Source: Octopus sinensis (lineage: Eukaryota). From it: a stretch of DNA of 41,624 nt. The stretch covers positions 1 through 41,624 of the forward strand of contig NW_021835288.1 of the NCBI RefSeq assembly GCF_006345805.1, in the 5' to 3' direction. The notes under the pieces were generated by a model that made no database searches, had not been told where the DNA came from, and saw nothing but the letters and a program-made list of their open reading frames with translations. Positions 10,645 to 21,698 of the stretch are shown here, piece after piece. The translations under genes and the position numbers were made by a program. Within the stretch, counting starts at the first letter, position 1. Every line of letters starts with the position of its first letter.

Positions 10645-11098
10645 CCTGAGTAAGAGAAGAAGCAGAAGGGAGACAGGAGATGGGAGAAGAAGAGGAGAGA
10701 TGGGGGAGGGGAGGGGGGAGATGGGGAAGAAGATGGGAGAAGATAGAGAAGAATGACTAGAGGAGAAAGAAGAGGGGGAGGAGGAAGAGGAGGAGAAGAA
10801 GGAGACAGGAGGAGGAGGATGGGGAAGAAGATGGGAGAAGATAGAGAAGAATGACTAGAGGAGAAAGAAGAGGGGGAGGAGGAAGGGGAGGAGGAGAAAA
10901 AGGGGAAGAAGGGGACAGGAGAAGGAGGTGGAGGGGGAAGTGGTGAGGAAGGGGAAGAAGTGGAGAGGAGGATGTGAAAGAGTGGCGGATGAGGAAGAAA
11001 GGAAGAGAAGAGGAGAACGACGAAGAAAGGAAGAAGTAAGAAGCGGAAGAAAAGGAAGAAGGAGGAGGAGGAGGAGAGCAGGAGAAAGAAGAAAAAAG
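10645..11098. repeat. GA-rich low-complexity tract with an internal ~98-bp duplication
   Basis: ggggaagaagatgggagaagatagagaagaatgactagaggagaaagaagagggggg occurs at about 10723 and 10821. Confidence 0.9.
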
Positions 11099-11429
11099 AA
11101 GCGTTGTACAGATTTATGATGGATGTAATTCCAACCATGGCCATCCCTAGTTCCACATAACAATATACTAATTTTCTTTTTTTTTTTTTTTTTTAAGTTA
11201 GTAGGACATGATTTGTCGAACTTTTGTCTGCTATTTTCAGCAATCCGACTGACTATTTAGAAGCGCCCATATTAGTTTGTGATCCACCTAGAAATTCCGA
11301 GTCGACGCTGTTAGAAGTTGAGATTTATCTCCTTAATTTGCATACCATATGACCAATCTTAATAGTTTTGAGCAAAGGTGGTAATATTTACATTACTTGT
11401 ATATGATGACATAACATATTTATTCGTAA

Positions 11430-11818
11430 CTAGCAGTATCGCCCAGCGTTGCTCGGGTTTGTAAGGGAAATAACTATATAAGCATTTTTAGAGAGTTATA
11501 GCCAAAAAATAGCAAAAAATGCATTAAAAATGGAAAAAAAATTATGGCAAATTTTTTTTAAATCGTTAACTCATCGTAGACATTTTTAGAGAGTTACTTC
11601 CCTTATATGATAGCGAAAAAATGCATTAAAATGGAAAAAATGATGGTAAAAATTTTTTTTTAAATCGTAGACTGATCGTAGACGCGCGCTATACCCAGAG
11701 CTCGATATGAATCACGACTATAAGATACCCGGTTTTGGTTAAACTGCCACCGCAAAATGTGGGAGTAGTTAGGAATCTAAATCGTAGGAGACAGACACAC
11801 AACTTGACTTTTATATAT
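11430..11818 (-). mobile_element. Non-autonomous Helitron-type element (2 internal ~100-bp units)
   Basis: Reverse-complement copy of 34592-35089. The 3' end is hairpin cccgagcaacgctggg followed by CTAG|T. Confidence 0.8.
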
Positions 11819-11989
11819 TCGTAATATATTCCAGCAGAATCGAGCACGAATAAGTTAATCGCTGTTGAGTTCGTCACAGAACAGTTTCTCCTTTACGGTG
11901 AATATGTGTTCATAACACAATCGATTCATTGGTACAAGAAATCCACATTCAAGAAACAATTGTATGGAGATGTCCTGTCTGTTTCCACC

Positions 11990-12230
11990 ATTATAAGATT
12001 TAAACATGCGCTTGCGCTTTGAGGGACATTGTTGGTGAGCTAAACAAAAGCTTGTAAGTGACCTATTGCTATGGATGTCAGAACATGACCATATTCGAGC
12101 AGGTCGTCAGAACACAACGTATGTTGGCCAACTCATCAGGGACACTGGATAGCTTCCCGAAGATAATCCTCAACTAATACGGGACCGAGATGGATGGTTA
12201 CGTGCGTGTTAAAAATGTCCGACCGGATGT
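11990..12230 (+). mobile_element. Old RTE LINE 3' remnant
   Basis: MRLRFEGHCW*AKQKLVSDLLLWMSEHDHIRAGRQNTTYVGQLIRDTG..RDRDGW matches RRLRFAGHC.R..E..S.LLLW.P.HG.R..GR..TY.DQL..DTG. Confidence 0.75.
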
Positions 12231-12238
12231 TGATTATA

Positions 12239-12330
12239 GGCGCGGTCGTGGCTGTGTAGTAAAGCGTTTTATTCCCAACTACATGGTTGCGGATTCAGTC
12301 CCACTGCGTGGCACCTAGGACAAAGTGACT
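12239..12330 (+). mobile_element. SINE family C head fragment
   Basis: ggcgcggtcgtggctgtgtagtaa..ttcagtcccactgcgtggcacct. Confidence 0.8.
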
Positions 12331-12357
12331 TCCGGGATCACAATAGAAGGCAACTAA

Positions 12358-12547
12358 AGAAGAAGGAGGAGGAGGAAGAGGAGGAGGAGGAGGAGGAAGA
12401 AGAAGAAGAAGAAGAGAAGAAGAAGAAGAAGAAGAAGAAGTAGAAGAAGAAGAAGAAGAAGAAGAAGAAGAAGAAGAAGAGAAGTAGAAGAAGAAGAAGA
12501 AGAAGAGAAGAGAAGAAAGAAGAAGAGAAGAAAAGAAGAAGAAGAAG
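12358..12547. repeat. (GAG)n/(GAA)n microsatellite
   Basis: Directly visible. Confidence 0.95.
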
Positions 12548-13107
12548 TCGTTGTCGTCAGCGTTTTGAATCTCGCTGAATTATATGGAGTTGCTTGTGAC
12601 GATTTATACGATAGCTGTGAGCATGTCTTCATGCGATTTCATGTTACGTCGACCCATCCTTATAAGCTGTGAGCACATGCATTTAATTTGTAATATAATC
12701 TTCGTAATAGTTACGAGCATTTCCGGTTTAACTATCGGCTGTTTGTTGATGCATTCTGAAATATCTCATTGACAAACATCTGGCTACGTTTATCACTTCT
12801 AATCGTATCTTTCAATCTTAATATTTTAATCAGTGTAGCACGATTTATTAAATATCTGTAATTCCTGTTTTTCGTATGGTTTAGTGAAAGTCGACACCTT
12901 CTGCAAATGATAATCTTTCTTTTTTTTCAAATATTTAATTAAATTTTTTAATTGATCTAGTATAGAAAGACAACAGGTTAATGTCGTTTGTAGGAGAGGT
13001 TGAAGCAAAAGAAGAGAGCGAAGTATTGTGTCAGAATAAAAAACAGGGAACACCAAGCTAAGTAAAGAGATGTTTGAATATTTCATCTTTGGGTTATCGA
13101 CACTGTT

Positions 13108-13481
13108 GGCGAGCTGGCAAAATCGTTAGCACGTCGCTACGTTCTGAGTTCAAATTCCGCCGAGGTCAACTTTACCTTTCATCCTTTCGGGATTGATTAA
13201 ATAAGTACCAGTTACGCACTGGGGTCAATATAATCGACTTTGTCTGTCCTTGTTTGTCCTCTCTGTGTTTAGCTCCTTGTGGGTAGTAAAGAAATAGGTA
13301 TTTCGTCAGCCGCTACGTTCTGAGTTCAAATTCCGCCGAGGTCGACTTTGCCTTTCATCCTTTCGGGGGTCGATGAATTAAGTACCAGTTACACACTGTG
13401 GTCGATATAATCGACTTGATCCGTGTGTCTATCCTTGTTTGTCCTCTCTGTGTTTAGCCCTTTGTGGGTAGTAAAGAAATA
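13108..13481 (+). mobile_element. SINE family A dimer with a single TSD
   Basis: Head plus two ~180-bp bodies. 15-bp TSD ggttatcgacactgt (13092-13106) / ggttatcctcactgt (13482-13496). Confidence 0.9.
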
Positions 13482-14150
13482 GGTTATCCTCACTGTCTAC
13501 AATTTTGTTCCAATTATTTTCAAAATTTGGTATATGGATTAAGTTTTGCATGCTAATTATCAAAATGAAATTCATTTTTCTTATAGATTCATAATTAAAA
13601 ATTATTAGCCTTAAAATTTGAAAAATATGTGTATTTTAGCCATTTAGAAGCGAGTGTTTTATACATCACCGTGAAGTTCTGTTAGCATAATAACCAAAGA
13701 AGCACCATGTGTTCCATAGCTGACTGCGAAGAACTCTGTTTCCATAGATGCTGCGCATGCACACAAGGAATGTAACCACCAAATTGAGTGCAATCAACAA
13801 ATTTAGGGTACCTGGGCAACTTTAAAGCATGGAAACAAACGCCGGTGTGAGACACACAGTCTCATGCTTGACTCCTGGTGAATTTATGTGGAGGAGGAGA
13901 TTTGAGAAAGATAATTTATTTTATAAAATCCTAGAGTGTATTGCAAACTTTCTTTCTTGGGTTTTTTAACTGTCTGTTTTAAGCAATGTTTTGACTGTTA
14001 TTTCTAGCAACTCCTGTTGGTTTGCTCGCAGCTTTTACATATTTAATTTACTTGCGAATTTTTAAATGTTTTTCACTGTTCACTGCAGCTAATTTACTGT
14101 TTTGACATACCGATGCACCCCCTCTCCCATCTCGCCTCGCTTTCTTGTCT

Positions 14151-14208
14151 CGCTTTCTCGCCTCGCTTTCTCGCCTCGCTTTCTCGCCACTGTGACAGAT
14201 AATGGAAG
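14151..14208. repeat. 13-bp tandem repeat (tcgcctcgctttc), about 4 units
   Basis: Directly visible. Confidence 0.8.
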
Positions 14209-14404
14209 AGGCAGCGAACGCGCTGTTTTCCGTTGGCTGTAACACTTTCGCAAGCTTTTTCTGGAATCAATCAATAACAAATTCAGATTTAGCGTAAAAA
14301 ATTACATCTATATGATACATTAGAATTTCTTTTTAAAGATTTTGTCATGCAATGACGAAAACCAAAAAGCTCCAAAGTCTACAAAGATTAATTCTTTCTA
14401 CTAT

Positions 14405-14818
14405 AGATAGGCACAAGGCCAGCTATTTCTAGGAAAAGGGTCTAGTCGATAACATCGACCCCAGTACTTTATTTCATCGAACCAGAAAGGATGAAAGACT
14501 AAGTCGACTTCAATAGGATTTTAACTCAATCCGTGAGATGTCAGAAGAAATTCCTCTTAAGCATTTCCCCACGACGCGCTAACTATTCTACCAGATCTTG
14601 TATATTTTTGCTATAATTATTGATTTTAAATTTTGGCACAAGGCCAATAAGTCGACTGCATCGACCCCAGTACACAACTGGAACTTATTTTATCGAACCC
14701 GAAGGATGAAAAGCAAAGTCGACCACAGCAGAATTTGAACTCAGAAAGTGAAGACGGGCGAAATGCTCAGCGGCATTTCGTCCGGCGTGCTAACGATTCT
14801 ACCAGCTCGTCGCCCTCC
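14405..14818 (-). mobile_element. Two old SINE family A monomers
   Basis: Degenerate copies at about 14405-14596 and 14632-14818, recognised by aaaggatgaaa..gtcgac..gaatttgaactcag..gctaacgattctaccagctcg. Confidence 0.75.
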
Positions 14819-15040
14819 TTTTTTGCTATAATCATTAATAAGGTAACTTCTATGTGGTCACTGAGGATTCTAGAAATAGCAGCCAGAATTTTCAAACATT
14901 ACTGTTTTAAAACAAATACTGGACACCTTGTACAAAGCTGAAGGTACTATGTCTGAAAAATATAGTGAGTGATGGTCATAGCTGGAATGTTCCAAGATTC
15001 TAGAGTCGACTTGGGATGAAGAATAACACAGCAACACTAT

Positions 15041-15070
15041 CAGCAGTAGCGAAACAGTAATAGTAGTAAT

Positions 15071-15129
<59 letters not shown>

Positions 15130-15340
15130 CAGTAGTAGTAGTAGTAGTAGTAGTAGTAGCAGCAGCAGTAACAGTAGTTGTAGTAGCAGTAGTAGTATCA
15201 GCAGTAACAGTAGTTGTAGTAGTTGTAGTAGCAGCAGTAAGAGTAGCAGCAGTAGTAGTAGTATCAGCAGTAACAGTAGTAGTTGTAGTAGCAGCAGCAG
15301 TAGCTGTGGCAGTAGTAGTAATAATAGTAACAGCAGTGGC

Positions 15341-15402
<62 letters not shown>

Positions 15403-15449
15403 CAGCAGCAGCAGCAGCAGCAGTTGCAACAGCAGTGGCAGTAGTAGTA
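15041..15449. repeat. Compound (AGT)n/(AGC)n trinucleotide array
   Basis: Directly visible. It generates spurious poly-T/L/V ORFs. Confidence 0.95.
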
Positions 15450-17953
15450 GGGTCGTTCCATGCGAAGTCAATGAAGGTGACCGAAACCAATTTCTTTCAA
15501 ACTTTGCATGCTAAATGACCTTCATATGACACCTTTAAATATGGAATATTTTTTTTACCTGACTGTAATATTTGCTGAGTTACGACGTCCGGGTTGCGGA
15601 TCCGTGGAACAAGCTGCCAGACGAGATGGTGAAGATGCCGACGACCGTTTTGTTCAAAGCCTCCCTTGACCTCAAGTGGCCTGAACTCTTTACATGAACA
15701 CCACCCTGTACTTAACTCCATGTCCCCCTACATGGCTTTGCTATTTGCTTTTGAGCCAAATTAACTAACTAACTAACTAACATTTGAAATTTTCAAAAAA
15801 GTGACATTTTTTCATTTACTCAATAACTTTGAGAAGCCATATCTCAGCTGCTATTTGAGCTAAAAATCTCTAGTTTTTTTTTTACTCTAAAGCATTTAAA
15901 TAGCTTTATAACATTTGTTTGCTGTATTTTTTTCCTTACAATAAAAGTTAAAAGGTTGACCTAAAATTTGACCTTTGACCGGTCATCGATTTTTTTGAAA
16001 TTTTGTGCAAATATTGCCCTACTTAGTAACAACACACATACACAAATTTATATTGGAATCTCTGTAGGAACTATAGTTGTCAGGCCTTCTATTAACTATG
16101 GTTCATGTTATACAGTCTAAATTAATTTTTTTTTTTTCAGATTAGTTACATTTGACTATTTTAGTTAATTCCTGGCTACAGATGGATATAAGATATTTTT
16201 AACTAAGCAAGAAAATGTTGCGACCCGTTTAAAAAGTATAAAGCACCGATGAAAAAGGGTTTAAAAACAATAACAGCAGACTTTGCAACAAAATATCCTA
16301 AAGCAAGCCTAATTCCTGGACAAAAAATACTTGACTCTTGTACAAAAACTTTTCCCACATTTCAAATTGAACCATCATCAGAAGTTACGAGAAATGATAC
16401 ATCAACTACCACTGAAGCGATTTCATCATCGACAGATGTCTTCGTAGAAGAAAATGCAGAATCAGAGATCCTCACCAACGCTCTATCTGAAATTGGAGAA
16501 TCTCCGAGAAAAAAAAAGATGGATACTACCATCATGTATGCTGAGAGCTATAGAAAACTGAAGGGAAGTCGGTGAATCATCAAAAGAACCTGAAGATCAT
16601 CACCCTGAAAGTGAAATAATCAAACAGTTAAAAGAGAATTTCACAACAGAAAAAAGATTAGAAAAACAGCAAATTTTAACAATTCTGCCAAAAAGTTGGT
16701 CTCTGAGAAAAATCCCAAAGGAGCTCGATGTACCAGATTACAATGGCTAGAAAAGCTAAAAGGCTGGTCAATGAGTAAAGGATTTTATTACATCCTCACC
16801 ATAGAAAAGGCACATTTCTCAGGAAACTACCAATTGTTTCTCAGTTTTTGTAAAAATGAAGTAAGCAGAGTTATGCCAAGAAAAGAAGGATTACAAATCA
16901 GGATTACAAAGATGGCAAAAGAGTCCATGAGCGAAAGTACTCCATACTTTGTAACTTAAAAGAAGCCTTCCAATTGTTTAAATCAAAAAAATCCTGAAAT
17001 CAAAATTAGTTTCTCAAAATTTTCAGAACTAAGATCAAAAGAATGCATACTTGCAGGTAGTGCTGGTACACATAATGTATGTGTATGCACCATTCATCAT
17101 AATGTCAATGATTTCTGGCATGAAACTATTTGATTTAATCAAGGATATGAAGCTTCACTTGGTTGAATATAAACAATGTTAGGAATCAATTACATGCAAC
17201 CCAACAATAAACGACTGCTAAATGGACAATTGTTCAAATTGTAATTTTGCTAGAAGAGCTTGAAAAATTCTTATATGAAATGATTAATGTGAATATGATT
17301 GATGAAGTACAATATAAACAATGGCTAACAACAGACAGAACAAGTCTAGAAAATATATCAAAATCAACAGATGATTTTGTTGAAATTTTCTGTCAAAAGC
17401 TTAAAGCACTTAAAGTACATTATATCATTGCAAAGGAACAATCTAAATTTTGTACTTCAAGAAAAGAATCTTTAAGTGAAGAAAAAATGTTAGTCATACC
17501 AGATTTTTCAGAGAATTATGCATTCATCTTGCAAGATGCTGTACAAGGATTTCATTGGAACAATGTACAAACCATTATCCATTGGTTTTTCTGTTATTAT
17601 AAACAAAATAATGATGTGACTAACATCAATGTTGATATTATATCCGACTGTATGAAACATGATACAGTAGCAGTCCATCTCTCCCTTAAAAAGCTGATAG
17701 ATTTTCTTAGGGATAAAGCCTTTAATATCAACATTATCTATTTTTCAGATGGTGCTGCTTCACAGTATAAAAATTGTAAGAATTTCATAAACTTTATGCT
17801 ACCATTCTATAGATTTCTAAACTGATTCAAGGTGACACTTCTTTGCTATTTCTCATGGCAAGGGACCTTGTGATGGTTTACGAGGTACAACTAAAACGAA
17901 TGGCAGCTCGGGCAAGTATACAGCTCCCTTTCAATGCACAAATCATGACTCCA
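15450..17953 (+). mobile_element. Degenerate DDD/E DNA transposon, probably Sola2-type; left end present, right end missing
   Basis: The left terminus GGGTCGTTCCATGCGAAGTCAA abuts the microsatellite, there is a strong splice acceptor at 16140, and transposase motifs follow downstream. The superfamily name comes from remembered motifs. Confidence 0.6.
16249..17953 (+). pseudogene. Transposase pseudogene (multiple frameshifts)
   Basis: ECILAGSAGTHNVCVCTIHHNV (17041), PDFSENYAFILQDAVQGFHWNN, IYFSDGAASQYKN, HFFAISHGKGPCDGL (17836-17880), AARASIQL. Confidence 0.85.
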
Positions 17954-18528
17954 ACTTTAAGGGAAGGGTATCAGACGATTACATCGACCCTCAAAGGCAC
18001 AGTTGACCACGACGACATTTGAAATAAGAACGTAAAGCTAAATTCAAAATAATTTGTGACATTTCTTCCGGCTTTACTTTCTGAGTTCAAATAATTACCA
18101 TTGGTGCACTGCAGTCGATGTAATCGACCAACTTCTTCTCCTCGAAAGCTGACGCTTTGTGAATATAATGGAAAGGGTTATCCGTTTATTCATTTATTAA
18201 TATGAAGACTCAAGTTCCGAACCCACATAAACGCATTTGATTCACACCAGACATCGCTCAAACTCTATCCTAATACCGACAAAGCTATTCTGAAACATTG
18301 CTTGCAGGTAGAACCATCCACAGAAATTGGCTATAATCTTTATATTTGTGAAACAATGTGTATTTTAAAATCGCGATTGGTTTTCGATTTAAGGTAAAGA
18401 CAATGCCTCTCCCACCCCGTTTCTTTCTACCACAGATTTGAATAGTTTATGACAATAAATGAAAATATTAACATTGTTATCATCGGTGAACCCCCGATTC
18501 CGCCTTTCATTATATTTATGTAACCAAA

Positions 18529-18582
18529 GGTGGCGAGCTGGCAGAAACGTTAGCACGCCGGGCGAAATGCGTAGCCGTATTT
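18529..18582 (+). mobile_element. Isolated SINE family A 5' head (A box only)
   Basis: ggtggcgagctggcagaaacgttagcacgccgggcgaaatgcgtagccgtattt, then an abrupt switch to the ORF1-like sequence. Confidence 0.88.
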
Positions 18583-18587
18583 GAACG

Positions 18588-19490
18588 TTGGAGGCTTTTC
18601 GGAAGATGGACAACAGACTAAACATGGAAAAGAAGAATCTTGCCGACGTGGCAAAATGCCAGGAGAAGGAGATAAATATAGAAGAATTGGGAAGGAATAA
18701 AGATTTGATGAGTCGGGATGGCTTTGAGGTGAAGCTGTCAGCCCCCCCTCCTCCGCAAGAAACAAGAGACATCATCAAGGAAAGGACAATAAGTTACCGA
18801 ACTTATACAATAAGTAAAGGTAAAATTGATATTGTAACGACGGAACTGGTGGAAAAGGCTCTGAGGCCGATCTGGAGAGACATTACGTACCTTACAAGAG
18901 GTTCGATATTTGGAGTGGTGGAGGTGAGGTTCATGGACGCGGGGTCTGCAAGGAAACATGCGGCGACATCTATTAAAAGTAAGGAAGTGGTGCTTCTGCC
19001 CACTTACCGAAGACTGAGAGCAACAAGGATCAGTGTAGAAGAGATCCCACCGAAAATCGATGTAGCCTGGGTAGCAGACGCTGTCCTCTTTGGTAATGAG
19101 GACAACATAGTGGTTCTCCAGCCCACAAAAAAGGAAAGCGTGATGTGGAAGGGACAAATATTAAACATGATTGTTCAAGGATCAACAGAGATTATGGAAA
19201 ACATCACAGAGTCAATAATCATGGATGAAGTAATAATGACGGTGATGGTGGAGCGCAGAGTCCCACGCTGCTTTAAATGTGGCCAGAAGGGCCACATTAG
19301 AGCGAACTGCCCTTCACAAACCAAAAAAGCAGGGGAAAAGAGATTAAACAAAATGGAGGCGCAAAAGGAAGAGAGGCCGAAAAGTTATAGAAAGGAAAAA
19401 TCCAGAAAGAAGGAAGTAGCAGCAACAGAGGAGAAGTGGGAGAAAGTCGCCGTAAGGAAGAGAAAGAAGGCAAGTGATTTGAACTGTTAA
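18588..19490 (+). CDS. Gag/ORF1-like nucleic-acid-binding protein of a non-LTR retroelement, with one CCHC zinc knuckle
   Basis: 300-codon open frame (first ATG at 18606). CFKCGQKGHIRANC = Cx2Cx4Hx4C at 19269-19310, followed by a Lys/Glu-rich linker. A clear paralogue lies at 24660-25517. Confidence 0.75.
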   Translation: MEAFRKMDNRLNMEKKNLADVAKCQEKEINIEELGRNKDLMSRDGFEVKLSAPPPPQETRDIIKERTISYRTYTISKGKIDIVTTELVEKALRPIWRDITYLTRGSIFGVVEVRFMDAGSARKHAATSIKSKEVVLLPTYRRLRATRISVEEIPPKIDVAWVADAVLFGNEDNIVVLQPTKKESVMWKGQILNMIVQGSTEIMENITESIIMDEVIMTVMVERRVPRCFKCGQKGHIRANCPSQTKKAGEKRLNKMEAQKEERPKSYRKEKSRKKEVAATEEKWEKVAVRKRKKASDLNC

Positions 19491-19624
19491 TCCACCCCCA
19501 GCATACACCAAGCCTACTCATTCCCATCCGACACAAAAACAAAAAGAGCAAACACACACAAAGAATTTCAAACTCCCGCCCACAAGTCAAAAAAAAAAAA
19601 AGGAAAAGTAAATGTAAAGCTTTC

Positions 19625-19900
19625 ATGCTATACGGATCCAATAACGAATTGATAGATGAGTTTTCTTCATGGGACGAGATAAAGGAAGTAGGAACTACTG
19701 GATTCGATAACATTGAGGAGTGGCACAGGTGTGTGCTCCCAACATGGAAACAAGAAGAGATAATATATACTTTTGAGCACGGTTACAGTTGTTGGGAGTT
19801 TGACTATGACTGGGATTTATTACCAAATTACACGACTTATGACAGGTTATTGGAAGAAACGGGATTTGATATGCTAGAGGAATCAGGTTATAAAAAGTAG
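19625..19900 (+). pseudogene. Probable frameshifted C-terminal acidic/aromatic domain of the same ORF1-like protein
   Basis: The frame stays open after the TAA at 19488 and shifts by one base at the A13 run (19589-19601) into KKRKSKCKAFMLYGSNNELIDEFSSWDEIKEVGTTGFDNIEEWHRCV. The repaired length is about 430 aa. Confidence 0.55.
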
Positions 19901-20055
19901 AAAATGGGGCAGCTCGTATGTGGGGCGAGTGGTTCTATTTCCATTTTTTCCATTTTTCATTGTCATTCATATTATCATATTTTTTTTTCATTGTTATCTG
20001 TCATGCATGTCTTGTATAGTCCTGTCTATGTGCGCCCCTTGTGGGCAGTAAAGAA
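19901..20055 (+). other. 3' UTR/tail of the ORF1-only element, shared with the SINE-A tail
   Basis: Ends gccccttgtgggcagtaaagaa (20034-20055), 21/22 identical to the SINE-A tail at 39553-39574. Confidence 0.75.
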
Positions 20056-20189
20056 CCACCTCAGTTTTGCACTTATATTCAGTGAATTAACCGCTTACAA
20101 GGAAAATGCAGTGGGTAATTTGTGTTCTTTTCACACAACGAAAGATTTTGTTATGCTTGTAGTTACAGGCTATTTGTTGGATCTCTGAC

Positions 20190-20526
20190 CTATTGGTTCC
20201 GGGTTCATTCCTACTGCGTGGCACCTTGGGCAAGTGTTTTCTACTATAGCCTCGGGCCGACCAAAGCCTCGTGAGTGGATTTGGTAGACGGAAACTGAAG
20301 GAAGCCCGTCGTATATATGTATACATATATGTATATATGTATATGTTTATGTGTCTGTGTTTGTCCCCCCCAACATCACTTGATAACCGATGCTGGTGTG
20401 TTTACGTCTCCGTAACTTAACGGTTCGGCAAAAGATACCAATAGAATAAGTACTAGGCTTCCAAAGAATAAGTCCTTTGGTCGATTTGCTCAACTAAAAG
20501 CATAGCCGCAGTCAAATGACTGAAAC
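20190..20526 (+). mobile_element. SINE family C (5'-eroded)
   Basis: ggttccgggttc..gcgtggcaccttgggcaag..agtcaaatgactgaaac. Confidence 0.9.
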
Positions 20527-20530
20527 TTTA

Positions 20531-21698
20531 ACATGTTTCCAAGTATTACAGTGTAAAGTTTTAGCCATGAGGATGTCTACGGAAAGCGAATTAATACCAA
20601 AAATTAAGACCTCTTCAAAAAACACTAGTTATTCTTTTCGCTGCAACCCATGTGTTGAGATTTTGGCCTACAGGAATTGCGAATGTTTCCAGTTCGTTTC
20701 CCCTACAATAATATCCACGGAAAGCAAATTGAAACCTAAAAGATGACAAAACGCAATGAGAGAAGAGAAGGCCACTTGAAAATGGGGAACTTTATACACA
20801 TTCTTCTTTTTAATCCGGAAAGTAACGCCCTTTTTTTAGTGATTTCGAAAGTATTCAGAATGAATTATAGACTGAACAGGGTAGAAACTGGAACGTTGGC
20901 TTCACTGTAGATAAGTGCACTTAATCTTGCATTGTTTTTCCGACTATTATTGCAGGTGTTAGAAAGTATTCTGTCCTCTTTAAAATAGTTCATCTTGTAT
21001 CAGTGGGAAGGAAAAATCTTTAATATTAAAAAATAAAATTTCGACGCGTATCGGCAGAGTAAATGAACTATGAACTATTTTTTTTCACTCAGACGGGTAC
21101 AAGAGTAAAGAATAATGAGTATTGGATTTACATGTTTCCAAGTATTACAGTGTAAAGTTTTAGCCATGAGGATGTCTACGGAAAGCGAATTAATACCAAA
21201 AATTAAGACCTCTTCAAAAAACACTAGTTATTCTTTTCGCTGCAACCCATGTGTTGAGATTTTGGCCTACAGGAATTGCGAATGTTTCCAGTTCGTTTCC
21301 CCTACAATAATATCCACGGAAAGCAAATTGAAACCTAAAAGATGACAAAACGCAATGAGAGAAGAGAAGGCCACTTGAAAATGGGGAACTTTATACACAT
21401 GCTTCTTTTTAATCCGGAAAGTAACGCCCTTTTTTTAGTGATTTCGAAAGTATTCAGAATGAATTATAGACTGAACAGGGTAGAAACTGGAACGTTGGCT
21501 TCACTGTAGATAAGTGCACTTAATCTTGCATTGTTTTTCCGACTATTATTGCAGGTGTTAGAAAGTATTCTGTCCTCTTTAAAATAGTTCATCTTGTATC
21601 AGTGGGAAGGAAAAATCTTTAATATTAAAAAATAAAATTTCGACGCGTATCGGCAGAGTAAATGAACTATGAACTATTTTTTTTTCACTCAGACGGGT
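20531..21698. repeat. Near-perfect tandem duplication of ~568 bp with a 31-bp spacer
   Basis: 20531-21098 versus 21130-21698. I found only one SNV (acacattctt/acacatgctt) and one extra T in a T-run. Confidence 0.95.

Noticed and set aside
13100-13480. Self-cleaving ribozyme within the SINE-A body to explain multimers
   Set aside because: Several small hairpins are present (ccagt/actgg, gtcgat/atcgac), but I could not fit a hammerhead core or an HDV-like double pseudoknot by eye.
19589-19603. Programmed -1 frameshift site (A AAA AAG) in the gag-like gene
   Set aside because: An in-frame TAA lies upstream at 19488, and homopolymer slippage or sequencing error is the simpler explanation.
20516-21345. 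Twin 76-aa ORFs at 20516 and 21115 as a duplicated gene
   Set aside because: They are a by-product of the tandem duplication; the first start lies inside a SINE tail and there are no protein motifs.
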